The translations under genes and the position numbers were made by a program. Of a DNA stretch of 64,000 bases, positions 13,204 through 26,265 are shown piece by piece. The stretch covers positions 54,808,001-54,872,000 of the forward strand of contig NC_043008.1 in NCBI RefSeq assembly GCF_006345805.1. The letters run 5' to 3'. The notes below the pieces were generated by a model. The model was not told where the DNA came from. It ran no database searches and saw only the letters and a list, made by a program, of their open reading frames with translations. The first letter of the stretch is position 1, and each line of letters starts with the position of its first letter. Source of the DNA: Octopus sinensis. Lineage: Eukaryota.

Positions 13204-14546
13204 AAGCAGTTTTAGATTAAAATTGATATCTCTGTATTATATTTAATGCAGATTAATCAAGAAAGGGCCAAGTAACTCTTCATCCGGAGACAAGATCTCT
13301 TATGGACGTACTGGGTTTAAAAACGCTAAAATACACCAGTAGCAGACAACAGTTGCCCGGCAGCGGCGGTGAGAATGCTTGATACGTATTTCTGCATCGC
13401 TTAGTTTTAGAGTATTGGACTAGAAACTTTACTGATATCTGTGTGTGTTCGAAGTTCAAAATTCGCCTTAGTGGAATTCACATTCATCCACCACCTACCG
13501 CCGCCATTTCCACCACCGTGTTCACCAAAATAAGGATTTGTCATGTGTGACGATCGATTGAAACGATAATATCCGCCGTTCTGTCATAGAAGTTATGAAG
13601 TCGATGTGTCGATGTGAGAAGCCATAAACATTCGTTTGACATTTGGTGTAAACCAGGAAATAAAATACGATGTTCACTTTAAGTGTATATATAAATACAT
13701 ACATATACCTACTTACAGATTTATTATATATGTGTGTATGTGTTTGTGTGTATGTATGTGTGTTTGCACATACGTGCACACACACACACACACACACATT
13801 CATAACGTTGTAAACTTGGACGAAGACAGAATAGTTTTCTAATCTATTATTATTAGAAAATGCCAGCGAAAGACAAGACGATGATATGTCTACTAATTAT
13901 TATCCGTGTAATTATTGACAATTAAACTCATACACACACACTTGCACATACCCACACACACACACACACACATGCGCACGTACGCACGCACACACACGAG
14001 CAAGCGCTAACATTAACTGCTATCAGAAAATAAAAACGACACACATGAGTATATAAAAAAATATTAAATTTGATAGGAATTTCAAATTTGTTTTATGGCC
14101 ATTTTATTTTAAAACAACATTAACCCATGTCCAAATCACTATACAATAGAAACTCTGATTTCGAGCGACTCTGATCACGAATAAATCGTGCTTTATCTCC
14201 TGTCTTTCTCATATTCATTTAATAAAGTACTACTTCAGTTTACGAACGCCTCTGATCGCGAATAAATCGTACTTTATATATCTATAGATAGAGATAGATA
14301 CATATAAAGCACGATTTATTCGTGATCAGAGGCGGTCGCAAATTGGGTTGAACGGAGTTGTCACTTTTAAATTAAAAATTGTTGTTTATCGTTGAAAAAT
14401 TTGTGCTAGTGAACTGATTGTTGCTGCTTTGAAGTAACTTGTTGCCAATGATGTTATACGAAGATTACAGCTCTTCGGAGCTGTCTTCCTCGGAAGAGGA
14501 ACTCGTAAGAGCAATATAGAAAACTTATTCAAGAGTTACAGAAGTA

Positions 14547-15085
14547 TTGGGTTGTCCGGAGAGTTCGTGCCGATTTTTAAAGGAAAGAAAAAGGTCAATA
14601 AATACTTGCCGTTACATTTCAAATCAACCAAATATGAACCATTTTATTGCACAATGCGTCTCCATCTTTCCTTTAACTTGAAAATACCCTCTTCCCAGAA
14701 TTGAGGAGGTTTCATGGCAAAGAATTCATCAAGGTATCTTTTTACATCATCCAAGGAATTGAAATTTTTACCATTAAGACTATTCTGCAGAGACCTGAAT
14801 AAGTGGAAATCCGAAGGAGCAATATCTGGTGAATATGGAGGGTGGGGGTAACGCATCCCAGCCGAACTGCAGCAATTTTTGTCTGGTTCTCAAAGAAACG
14901 TGCGGTCTTGCATTATCATGTTGGAAAACAACACTCTCCCTGTTGGCCAATTCTGGACGTTTCTCTTGAATTACTGCTTTTAACCTCTACAGTTGTGTGC
15001 TGTATTTCTCAGAATTAATTGTCTGGTTACTTCGGAGAAGCTCATAATACAGAATTCCTTTCCAATCCCACCAGACACGAAGCAA

Positions 15086-15088
<3 letters not shown>
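14547..15088 (-). mobile_element. 3' part of the same mariner family, truncated at a (TA)n tract
   Basis: TA plus the same TIR at 14545-14576. ORF 14644-14856 [27 protein letters not shown]...; closely similar to 2058-2570. Confidence 0.93.
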
Positions 15089-15145
<57 letters not shown>

Positions 15146-15788
15146 GATAGGCTTCCAAACAGTTTCTATCTGCCAAATTCCTTTAACGAAATTCACTCAC
15201 AAAACATTGTTCGTCCCGCTTGCCCAATGGTACCGCGCCGTGCGACTGATCCTCGAATAATCTAAACTAAATAAAATTTCCTCTGTTATGTATTTCTCAT
15301 CATACTCGAGCTGCAATCGAATGAATCACGTAATATTTCATATGTGAGATGTTATTCATATTGTTGAAAATAACAAATATTAATGTTACTATGGCAGAAA
15401 CAAGAGAGGCGAGAATGTAGAAATGTCATAGTGTCGGACAAAATGCTAAGCGTAATTTCTTGGGCTATTTACGTTCTGAGTCGAAGTTCCGCTGAAGTTG
15501 ATTTTGCCAATCATCGCTTTGAGGTCGATAAAGTAGATTACCAGTTGAACATTAGGATCGATGTATTCGATTTTCCTCCATCCCAAACATTGTTAACTAT
15601 ACGCCAAAACGTTAAACCATTATACTTATTATGGCAGAAATCAGGGTGGCAGGTTGACAGCCTCATTAGAGCACCGGAAAGATGTCAGGTAATGTTTCTT
15701 TCAGTTCTGTAAGTTCTGGTTTCAAATCTTACAAAGATCTATTGCCCTACAATTCATCCTTTCGGGAATGATAATATTATAGAGTCGG

Positions 15789-16173
15789 GTGGAGGCGCAA
15801 TGGCCCAGTGGTTAGGGCAGCGGACTCGCGGTCATAGGATCGCGGTTTCGATTCCCAGACCAGGCGTTGTGAGTGTTTATTGAGCGAAAACACCTAAAGC
15901 TCCACGAGGCTCCGGCAGGGGATTGTGGTGATCCCTGCTGTACTCTTTCACCACAACTTTCTCTCACTCTTACTTCCTGTTTCTGTTGTACCTGTATTTC
16001 AAAGGGCCGGCCTTGTCACTCTCTGTGTCACGCTGAATATCCCCGAGAACTACGTTAAGGGTACACGTGTCTGTGGAGTGCTCAGCCACTTACACGTTAA
16101 TTTCACGAGCAGGCTGTTCCGTTGATTCGGATCAACCGGAACCCTCATCGTCGTAACCGACGGAGTGCTTCCA
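15789..16173 (+). mobile_element. SINE family B, full-length young copy with TSD attatagagtc
   Basis: 11-bp flanking direct repeat; nearly identical to 39877-40260. Confidence 0.87.
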
Positions 16174-17093
16174 CCATTATAGAGTCACTGTCAAGTACCA
16201 TTAATCTCATTACCCAAAAATCTCTGGCCTTGTCCCTAACTTATTTCTAGTTTCGTCACTAAGCTAGCAATTTCGAGAGAACACGAGTGTATCGACTCCA
16301 ATACCCAAATGGCAGTTATTTTATCGACCACATTGAAGAATGAAAAGCAAGAGTGACCTCAGTGGAAGTTAGTAAGAAATATGGCGAGGCATTCTGTCAA
16401 ACAATCAAACGAATCTACCTATTCATCGCATTTTCTTAGTTATCTGACAATTTTTAGTGGAAAGAAAGAGAAAAAGCTGATAACGGAAATACGACAATAT
16501 ACTTACATTATACAGAAAAATATTTTGTTCTTTGTGTAATTTAATGAGAATAGAACAAGGGGGAAAACGTCAGTCAATAGAGAGTGTTTATTCAATTGTA
16601 TGAGCGACATTTATGAGAAACCTCGAATATTTTATATCGCATTCTTTTGACTATAGTACTTGTTTTACCTCCTCTTCTATTTGATGTTAAGTGATTTACT
16701 GTTTATATATATAAAACAGTAAATCACTTAATACACACATATCTATCTATCTATATATATATATATATATATATATCCACATGCATATATATACACGTAT
16801 ATATGCATATATATTTACACATATATATGCATATATATATGTATATATGTATATGCAAATGGGTATATGTATATATATACATATAGATAAGTGTGTGTGT
16901 GTATATATATAGACTGAGAGAGACAGAGAGAGAAATTTTACCTGGCTGAGCACCTTAGAACGTGTCTCTTGCTAGCCAACAATAAATTTGTGTGTATACT
17001 GAATAAACTAACTGGAAGAGATGTCTTCCTGGGTTTAAGTAGCAGTGTCATCGTATATCGTATCTTTCTTTCTCTCTCTCTCTTTCTCCCCCA

Positions 17094-17126
<33 letters not shown>

Positions 17127-17394
17127 ATACGAAAATGGAGAAAAGCTCAGATTAAACATCACACCGATTGAACCACATTTATAGCATATATTGAATACAA
17201 AGCATGACATAAATAGGTGACGTAAGAAATCTTACGGCCGTTTCCGCATCCGTTGCCAAACGCTGTTTATAAATAATTGCGAAAATAAAATTCTTTATCT
17301 TCATAGGACATTCGAATTAAAGCACAGATAGTACATTCTGATATTTTATCCCTTAGTCGGTTATTATAACTGCTAACTCTCTATATATATTATT

Positions 17395-17471
<77 letters not shown>

Positions 17472-17513
17472 AAAAAAGGAGATGTGGAACACGAGTTGTG
17501 ATATATAAAAAAA

Positions 17514-17818
17514 GGAATTGAAGAAAATGCTGACAAAATAATTTAAGTAAGGGAGAGTGTATTTAATTAGGTGAAAGTTCTTTTTACCGGTTGCGCATTT
17601 GTTATGCTTATCAAAAGATATTTTTTAAAGAGAGATAGAGTTCCTTTCTTATAGATTTTTTTCTCTTATCTGATAAGATAAAATCTATCAGAAAGGAACT
17701 CTATCTCTCTTAAAAATATATCTTTTGATAAGCATAACAAATGCGCAACCGGTAAAAAGAACTTTCACCTAATTAAATACACTCTCTCTACTTAAATTAT
17801 TTTGTCAATATTTTCTTC

Positions 17819-17824
<6 letters not shown>
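17514..17824. repeat. ~310-bp near-perfect foldback palindrome between (CT)n(TA)n tracts
   Basis: Arms of ~150 bp, e.g. aggtgaaagttctttttaccggttgcgcatttgttatgcttatcaaaagata / tatcttttgataagcataacaaatgcgcaaccggtaaaaagaactttcacct; centre ~17668. Confidence 0.9.
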
Positions 17825-17869
<45 letters not shown>

Positions 17870-17883
17870 TATATATATATATA

Positions 17884-17951
<68 letters not shown>

Positions 17952-17955
17952 TATA

Positions 17956-17993
<38 letters not shown>

Positions 17994-18239
17994 GTATATA
18001 TATATATATATGTATATATAAGTATAATGTGGTGCTCCAGAATGAGCGCAGTCTAATGACTGAATCAAGTAAAATATAATCTAGAGAAGATATTACAATT
18101 ATTGAAAAATTAAAATTAAATATATATATGGAGGCACATGGCCTAGTGTTTAGAACAGCAGACTCGCGGTCGAGGGATCGCGGGTTCGAATCTAATCTCA
18201 GACCGGGCGATATGTGTGTTTATGAGCGAAACGCCTAGA

Positions 18240-18603
18240 GCGAATCACCCAGCAAGAAATTGAAAATTTAGTTTCCTCATGCAGTCGAAGATGTCAAAGT
18301 GTGTTTGAAGCTAAAGGGCTTCACGCTAAATATTAAATAATTCCAGTATTCTGTCTCATTTTTTATTATTTTATTTTTTCAACCGTTCTGATCATTTTGG
18401 CCGGTATGGGTTTTGCAGTAAATCACTAAATCATCCATAACTTTTGTATTATCCTCTCAAATTACACCAAAATCTCAGAAAATAACAAATGATGTTGTAT
18501 TCATTGTCTGTGAAAATTATAGAATATAAAACAAATTTGATAAAAAATTGTACCTACTTTTCTGACGAAAATAATGCCGTTCTGAACATTTTGGCCGCAA
18601 CTG
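18240..18603. mobile_element. Terminal fragment of a Tc1-like element
   Basis: Ends ...cattttggccgcaactg|TA (CAGTTG-type end), with an internal direct repeat ccgttctga(t/a)cattttggccg at ~18383 and ~18577, as in IR/DR Tc1 ends. Confidence 0.5.
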
Positions 18604-19129
18604 TATATCCATGAATGTATGTATTTCTGCGCATATTCTCGTCCATGAAGTTTTACACCTCTACACACGTTTCAACTAAAAGTCAAGGACTGAGAAATTA
18701 TGCAACTACACCTGCTTTCCAAATTGTAAAACACCTACAGCTTATATAATCGTTGTCGTAGTCGAGTCTGCCACCATCTACACTACCACTGTCAACATCA
18801 TCATCATCATCATCATGTACGTTTTCGTTAAAAATGCGTTGCGCATTACTTATTCTGCGTCTTCACCCTCCATGGGGTCGATGCTATCGAGTTATCCTCT
18901 ATTTCTGAAGAATACCGGTCTTGTTCATAAACTCCAGACTATTATTAAAGGGGTTACATTTTCGGAATCGTTAGATTGTTGGCAAAATGCTTTGCAGTAT
19001 TCGTTCTGGCTTTTCACTGGGTTGGTAGTTTTGTTCTATTTGGTATTCGATTGTCATATGCCTGAAAAAAGGAAAAATATATTCCAATTTCGAAGATGAT
19101 AAACAAGAGTTGTTGAGGTTGAATTACTA

Positions 19130-19508
19130 CGGCACTCCGTCTGTTACGACGACGAGGATTCCAGTTGACCCAATCAAAGGCACAGCCTGCTTGTGAAATT
19201 AACGCGTAAGTGCCTGAGCATTCCACAGACACGCGTATCTTTAACGTAGTTCTTGGAGAGATTCAGCCTGACACAGAGTGTGACAAGGCTGGCCCTTTAA
19301 AGTACAGGTACAATAGAAACAGGAAGAAAGATTGAGAGAAAGTTGTGGTGGAAGAGTACAGCAGGGTTCACCACTACCCTGCCGGAGCTTCGTCGAACTT
19401 TAAGTGTTTTCGCTCAATAAATGCTCACAACGCCCAGTCTTAGAATCGAAACTGCGATCCTATGACTGCGAGTCTGCTGCCCTAACTACTGGGCCATTGC
19501 GACTCCAC
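19130..19508 (-). mobile_element. SINE family B, full-length
   Basis: Reverse complement of 15789-16173. Confidence 0.82.
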
Positions 19509-19557
19509 TGAGGTTAAATAGAGCTACACACATACACATACACAGACAGACAGACAG

Positions 19558-19588
<31 letters not shown>

Positions 19589-19709
19589 AAGAAAAACCAT
19601 CACATTATACAACAAAAATATTTTTCTTGATAATTCAAATAATATTGCAAATTGGAAATTATTTGAGAAATATAAACGAACAAACTTATCTTAGAAAAAA
19701 AGAAAAAGA

Positions 19710-21240
19710 AATGTTCTGAGTTCAAATTCCGTAGATTCAACTTTGTCTTTCATTCTTTCGGGGTCGATAAAATAAATACCAGTGAAATAGTGATTTCTAA
19801 TTTTCGTACAAGGCCAAAAGTACAGAGAAGTGTGTGAGTCGATTAAATCGACCCCAGTGTTCAACTGATATTTCTTTTATCGATCCCAAAAGGTTGAAAG
19901 ACAAAGTCGACCGCAGAGGAATTTGAACTCAGAGGCTAAAGACGGATGAAATACCGCTAATAAACTTGCCCTGTGTGCTAACGATTCTGCCAGCTTGCTT
20001 GTCTTAGTTGTAAGCTATGATATTCATTTCAAATTTTGGCACAAGGCCAGCAGTTGTGCGAGAGGGTGTAAGTCGATTAAATCGGCCCCAGTCTATTCAT
20101 TTTATCATTCCCGAACGGATGAAAGGCAGAGTCGACCTCGGTGGAATTTGAACTTGGATCGTAAAGACGGAGGAAAGACAGCTAAGCATTTTCTCCAGCA
20201 CGCGAACCAGTCTGCCAGCTCACCGATTTGAATACCAATCAAATATTCTTTCCTACTCTAGGCACAAGGCCCGAAATTTTTGGGGAGGTGGCCAATCGAT
20301 TACATCCACCCCAGTACGCAACCGCTACTTAATTTATCGACCCCGAAAAGATGAAACGCAAAGTTGACCTCGGCGGAATTTGAACTCAGAACGTAACGGC
20401 TGACGAAATACCTGTTTCTTTATTACCCACAAGGGGCTAAACACAGAGAGGACAAACAAGGAAAGACAAATGGATTAAGTCGATTACATCGACTCCAGTG
20501 CGTAACTAGTACTTAATTTATCGACCCCGAAAGGATGAAAGGTAAAGTCGACCTCGGCGGAATTTGAACTCAGAACGTAACGGCAGACGAAATACCGCTA
20601 AGCATTTCGCCCGGCGTGCTAACGTTTCTGCCAGCTCGCCGCCTTATACCAGTCAAATACTGAAGTCAATATGATTGACAAACCCTCTTTCCCACCGAAA
20701 ATAACTGAGCAAAGTAGCCAGCTGGCGGAAACGTTAGCGCGTCAGAGAATATATTTAGCAGCATTTCTTCCAGTTCTTTACGTACCGAGTTCAATTCCTA
20801 CTGATATCATCTTTGCTTTTCATCCTTAAATAAAACTGATTACCACTCAAATACTGGGGCCGATGTAATCGACTAACCCCAATCCCACTAAATTTGCTGG
20901 GCTTGTGCCAAAATTCGAAAGAATTGGTGAGCTCGTAGAATCATTAGCACGCCAGGCAAAATGCTTTGCGGTGTTTCTTTCGTCTTTAAGTTCTGAGTTC
21001 AAATTCCGCTGAGGTCGACTTTGCCTTTCAGCCTTTCGGAGTCGATAAAATAAGCACCAGCTGAGCATTGGGGTCGGGATAATTGACTTAATCCGTTTGT
21101 TTGTCCTTGTTTGTCCCCTCCCATGGGATTGCTGGCCTTGCGCCAAACTTTGAACTTCATTCTTCTTCTTGTTCTTGTTCTTGTTCTTGTTCTTGTTCTT
21201 CTTGTTCTTGTTGTTGTTGTTCTTCTACTTCTTCTACTTC

Positions 21241-21272
<32 letters not shown>

Positions 21273-21291
21273 CTTCTTCTTCTTCTTCTTC

Positions 21292-21327
<36 letters not shown>

Positions 21328-21336
21328 TTATTATTA

Positions 21337-21381
<45 letters not shown>

Positions 21382-21620
21382 CACCATTATTATTATTATT
21401 ATTATCAAGGCAGTGAACTGGCAGAATCGTTACCGCACCGGAATGAAATGCTTAGCGGAATTTTGTCCGTCTTCACGTTCTGAGTTCAAATTCTGCCGAG
21501 GCTGACCTTATCTTTCATCCTTTCGGAGTCGATAAAATGAGCACCAGTTGAACACTGGAATTGATGGCATCGACTTAACCCATCCCCCACAATTTTTTAG
21601 GCCTTGTGCCTATAGTAGAA
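19710..21620. mobile_element. Dense cluster of family C SINEs in both orientations (including dimeric 20250-20646, minus strand)
   Basis: Repeated core motif at ~19730, 19870, 20100, 20330, 20520, 20790, 21010 and 21500. Confidence 0.8.
21160..21405. repeat. Compound microsatellite (TTCTTG)n(TTC)n(TTA)n
   Basis: Direct reading. Confidence 0.95.
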
Positions 21621-22705
21621 AGGTTTATCGTTATTATTTCATAGAACATTCATACTTGTTTTAGTAAAGAAAAAAAGTTTCTCTTCAGTCCTCCTCCACC
21701 CTCTTCTCCTTCTTTCATTCATCTTCCACTTCATTTTATCCTCCTTCTTCCTTTTTCTTCCTTTCCCACTTCTTCTGCCTCTCTACATTCGTCTTCCTCC
21801 GCCTCCTCCACCATTTCTTCTTTTCTCTTCTTTCTTCATTATTATCATCGTCGACATCATCATATTCCATCCATCATCATCTTCACCACCACCAGCAGCA
21901 CCGCCAACACCGCCGCCGCCGCCACCGCCGCCGCCACCACCACCTCTTCTTCTTCTTCTTCTTCTTCTTCTTCTTCTTCTTCTTCTTCTTCTTTTCTTCT
22001 TCTTAATTATTATTTAAAAAGAAACAAGAAACAAAACTTAAAAAAAAAAAATAAATAATGTAATCTGTTATCGTATTTTTCATTTTTTTTTTGAAGAATT
22101 ACTAGCAGGAAATCAGCAACAACGCTACATAGCGTAGGCTTGTTTGGTAAGTTCTTGTTCCGACTGACGATCCATCCGTTCATCCATCCATCCATCCATC
22201 CATCCATCCATCCATCCATCCATCCATCCATCCATCCATCCATCCACCTGTCTACTTACATGCTTGTAAGATCAATCAGGGCGTTGCAAAACTCAGTAAA
22301 GAAAACAACAACGAAAACACAGCCGTCAGAGTCAGGAGCAACTACCACGCAATATGCAGCAGCATATAATTGGTTTATCGATCCGAAAAAAGGCGCGGCA
22401 AGTCGGCCAATCGGGGAAGAGAGCACACGCGTGTACAAAACTATCTTGTGCTCGCCCATCTTTATACTGCTTTATAAAGACAGCGCTGAAACTCTCTCCT
22501 TCAAAGCTCTCGAAGAGGACAAAGAAGAAAACTGCAATTCTCTTATGAAAATCTATTACTAGACAAAACAAAAACGAAAAAACACACAAACAAATTCATT
22601 CTGTATAAGAGACTTCTCGTGTCCGACAGACACACGCACAAACGCACGCACATCCTTTGTTGCTTTCTCTCACTCCCACTCTCTCTCTATCTCCAGCTCT
22701 TACTC

Positions 22706-22740
22706 TATAAAGGACGGTTATAGATCCTCGATTAGTCATT
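22706..22740 (+). promoter_or_regulatory. Core promoter of the AstC gene: TATA box (TATAAAG 22706-22712) and initiator-like TTAGTC (22732-22737)
   Basis: Canonical ~28 nt TATA-to-Inr spacing, in unique non-repetitive sequence ~100 nt upstream of the signal-peptide ATG. CCAAT at ~22407. Confidence 0.65.
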
Positions 22741-22835
22741 CTTCTAGTCGCTGTGACTGCGTGTTCCAAGTTTTCTCGCGGAATTCTTCAATCTCTCCAC
22801 GTTTACGGTGTTTCTGAAATCAACGCAGATCCGAG

Positions 22836-22937
22836 ATGCGTCAACACACATTTGCCTGTTTCTTTCTCGTAGTGGTGTGTGCCAATATGTTTGCCGAAGC
22901 TATGGCCCTCTCCGAAGTTTTACCCAAAAGTGAACTG
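22836..22937 (+). CDS. AstC: Allatostatin-C-type neuropeptide precursor, coding exon 1 (signal peptide; MRQHTFACFFLVVVCANMFAEAMALSEVLPKSEL)
   Basis: ATG at 22836, basic n-region, hydrophobic core FACFFLVVVCA and A-x-A (AMA|L) cleavage-like motif. Ends exactly at a consensus donor CTG|gtaagt (22938), phase 0. Lies about 100 nt downstream of a TATA/Inr pair. Confidence 0.88.
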
Positions 22938-23319
22938 GTAAGTCTTTGATGTTTTTTTTTATTATTTCTTTTTTTTTTTTAAAGTTTTCTTTACAGAAAT
23001 ACTTGTATTGTACATGTATACACTCACGTACAACCACAAGCACTCACAAATGTATGTATGAAAACGTACATGCATGCATATATACACACATATACATATA
23101 TATTTGTGAACATACATATATACATATATATATATATAGTATATATATATATAATATATATATATATATATGTGTGTGTGTATATATATATATAGTATGT
23201 GGGGTATATAATATATATATAATATATATATATATATACGTGTATATATATATATGTATATATATGCACACATATATATGTATATACACATACATACATC
23301 ACATATATATATATTATAT

Positions 23320-24412
23320 ATATATTATATATATATATATGTATATACATATATATATGTCCAGTCACATACACACGCACGCACATACACATATATATGT
23401 ATACATACATGCATGCATATACATTTATATATATAAATATATACATACACACACATATACATAAAACTATACACATGCACATACACACGCATACGTGTAC
23501 ACACATACACACACTAACTCACACACACACACACTTTAAAAAGTTTATAACAACTTTTCATATGATGCCGACTAGAATATTAAGTATTATCTTATATTCT
23601 TTTGACAATGTAATACATATATATATATATATATATATTCAAATACCTTTATATATGTAACATGCATCTATGAGTGTGCGAGGAAGGCGGAAGCGGGGAT
23701 GTGGTGAGCGTCATTGTGAATTAAATTGTCAAGACTTTGCTTTTAAAAAATGTTAAGTTAAGGGTGACTTGGAAACTTTGTTCAAGCAATTTTTTACGTC
23801 ACAGCTTTTCATTTGTAATACATAACATACATACATACATAACATACATACATACAATACATAACTACATACATACATACGTGCACCACATATATACATA
23901 CATATATATATATATATATATAATATATATATATATGTATATACATATATATATGTCCAGTCACATACACACGCACGCACATACACATATATATGTATAC
24001 ATACATGCATGCATATACTTTATATATATAAATATACTACATACACCACACTATACATAAAACTATACACATGCACATACACACGCATACGTGTACACAC
24101 ATACACAACAACTCACACACACACACCACTTTAAAAAGTTTATAACAACTTTTCATATGATGCCGACTAGAATATTAAGTTATATCTTATATTCTTTTGA
24201 CAATGTATACATATAATAATATATATATTATTCAAATACCTTTATATATGTAACATGCATCTATGAGTGTGCGAGGAAGGCGGAAGCGGGGATGTGTGAG
24301 CGTCATTGTGAATTAAATGTCAAGACTTTGCTTTTAAAAAATGTTAAGTTAAGGGTGACTTGGAAACTTTGTTCAAGCAATTTTTTACGTCACAGCTTTT
24401 CATTTGTAATAC
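23320..24412. repeat. ~590-bp tandem duplication at the start of the AstC intron
   Basis: gtccagtcacatac...gatgccgactagaat...gcgaggaaggcggaagcggggat...gtcacagcttttcatttgtaata occurs twice (period ~590-595). Confidence 0.88.
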
Positions 24413-24900
24413 ATACATACATACATACATACATACATACATACATACATACATACATACATACATACACACACACATACATACGTGCACACATATATAC
24501 ATACATACATACATACATACATACATACATACATACATACATACATACATACATACATACACACACACATACATACGTGCACACATATATACATACATAT
24601 ATATACACATATATACATACATACATACATACATACATACATAATACATACATAATACATACATACATACAAGCATACATACATACATACATACATACAT
24701 AATACATACATACATACAAGCATACATACGTACACACATACATACATACATTCACACATACATACCTACACATATACATGCATAGATACATACATACATA
24801 TCCATACACACATACATACATACATAAATACATACATAAATACGTACACACATACATGCATGCATACACACATACACACATGCATACATATCCCTACATA
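24408..24900. repeat. (TACA)n microsatellite field
   Basis: Direct reading. Confidence 0.95.
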
Positions 24901-24987
24901 TTATGATTGAGTGTATTATATACATCTCGTCTATTCGCCTATATATCACTAACGTTTCCTATATGTTTAAGTATATATATACATATA

Positions 24988-25025
<38 letters not shown>

Positions 25026-25424
25026 TATATGTATGTCTGTGTGTATTATGTGTGTGAGTATGTTTCTCTATGTGCGCTTAGCATGTGATTCGTGTGTGAG
25101 AGAGAGAATGTGTTTGTGTGTACGTGTGGACGTGTGCGTGTAAGCGTGCTGTTCTAATTTGCTTGTTGAACGGGGATAGTTTCGATACAGTGAGCGGTAA
25201 TGTCGGTTAGATTATGTAGGAAGTACAAGAAATAAAAATATTTTACTTTAAAACTGAGTACATTTCCCTTCCAACTGTAAATTCAGCCGTATTTACATAC
25301 GAGAGACGCATGCAAGCACATGCGCATTCATGCATACATTCTCTTTTCTCTCTCTTCTCTCTCTCTCTCGCTCACCACATTACACACACAAAGACTCATT
25401 AATATGCGTATCTATATATATATA

Positions 25425-25480
<56 letters not shown>

Positions 25481-26031
25481 CTGTTTTATTTAATGGTTAG
25501 TTCACCAAGTTAGCTGTCGTGGAAAATTCAACCGATTACAATCTGTGATCAGATTGAGTTAGAATTGAAAAAGGATCGAATGCTTAAACCGACAGCAGCG
25601 TAGAAGATACATTTTTGCCATTATAAAACACCCAAAGTCTCTTGATTGCACATGGACATCTTGTATTTGGTGTCAAAATTTTCGTCGCACCAACTGCGAC
25701 CTCGTCACTGACTTGACTCCACTGCAAATGTCTTAACGCTTCACAGAACGTAGAATACAATAGGCTATATGTCTTTCAGTATTGAGTTCAATATCTCGTA
25801 TCTGTAGGACTTGTTTTTATGAATAAACACTCATTGTGCATGCATACATACATACATAAATACATACATACATATATAGTAATTATAGATGGACCAACCG
25901 ACAAACATACAAGCATACATGCACACATACATACATATTCATACATACATACATACATATATACATACATACATACATACATACATACATACATACATAC
26001 ATACATACATACACACATACATACATATATT

Positions 26032-26265
26032 AAGGCGGCGAGCTGGCAGAAACGTTAGCATGCCGGGCGAAATGCTTTGTGGTATTTCGTCCGCCGCTGC
26101 GTTCTGAGTTCAAATTCCGCCGAGGTCGACTTTGCCTTTCATCCTTTTGGGGTCGATAAATTAAGTACCAATTACGCACTGGGGTCGACATAATCGCCTT
26201 AATCCGTTTGTCTGTCCTTGTTTGTCCCCTTTGTGTTTAGCCCCTTGTGGGCAATAAAGGAATAA
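26032..26265 (+). mobile_element. SINE family C, intronic
   Basis: Full head, core and tail. Confidence 0.85.

Noticed and set aside
15789-15862. tRNA-like sequences (also at 1500-1574, 39877, 59986, 63279)
   Set aside because: They are SINE heads continuing into shared bodies with TSDs, not standalone tRNA genes.
22140-22562. 140-aa ORF upstream of the AstC promoter
   Set aside because: Non-ATG start running through (CCAT)n, with no recognisable domain; better explained as promoter DNA.
22946-25143. Many overlapping 60-170 aa ORFs (YIYI/HTHT/MYVC)
   Set aside because: Products of (TA)n, (CA)n and (TACA)n repeats that lack stop codons; the same applies at 17.8, 21.1, 42.6 and 61-63 kb.
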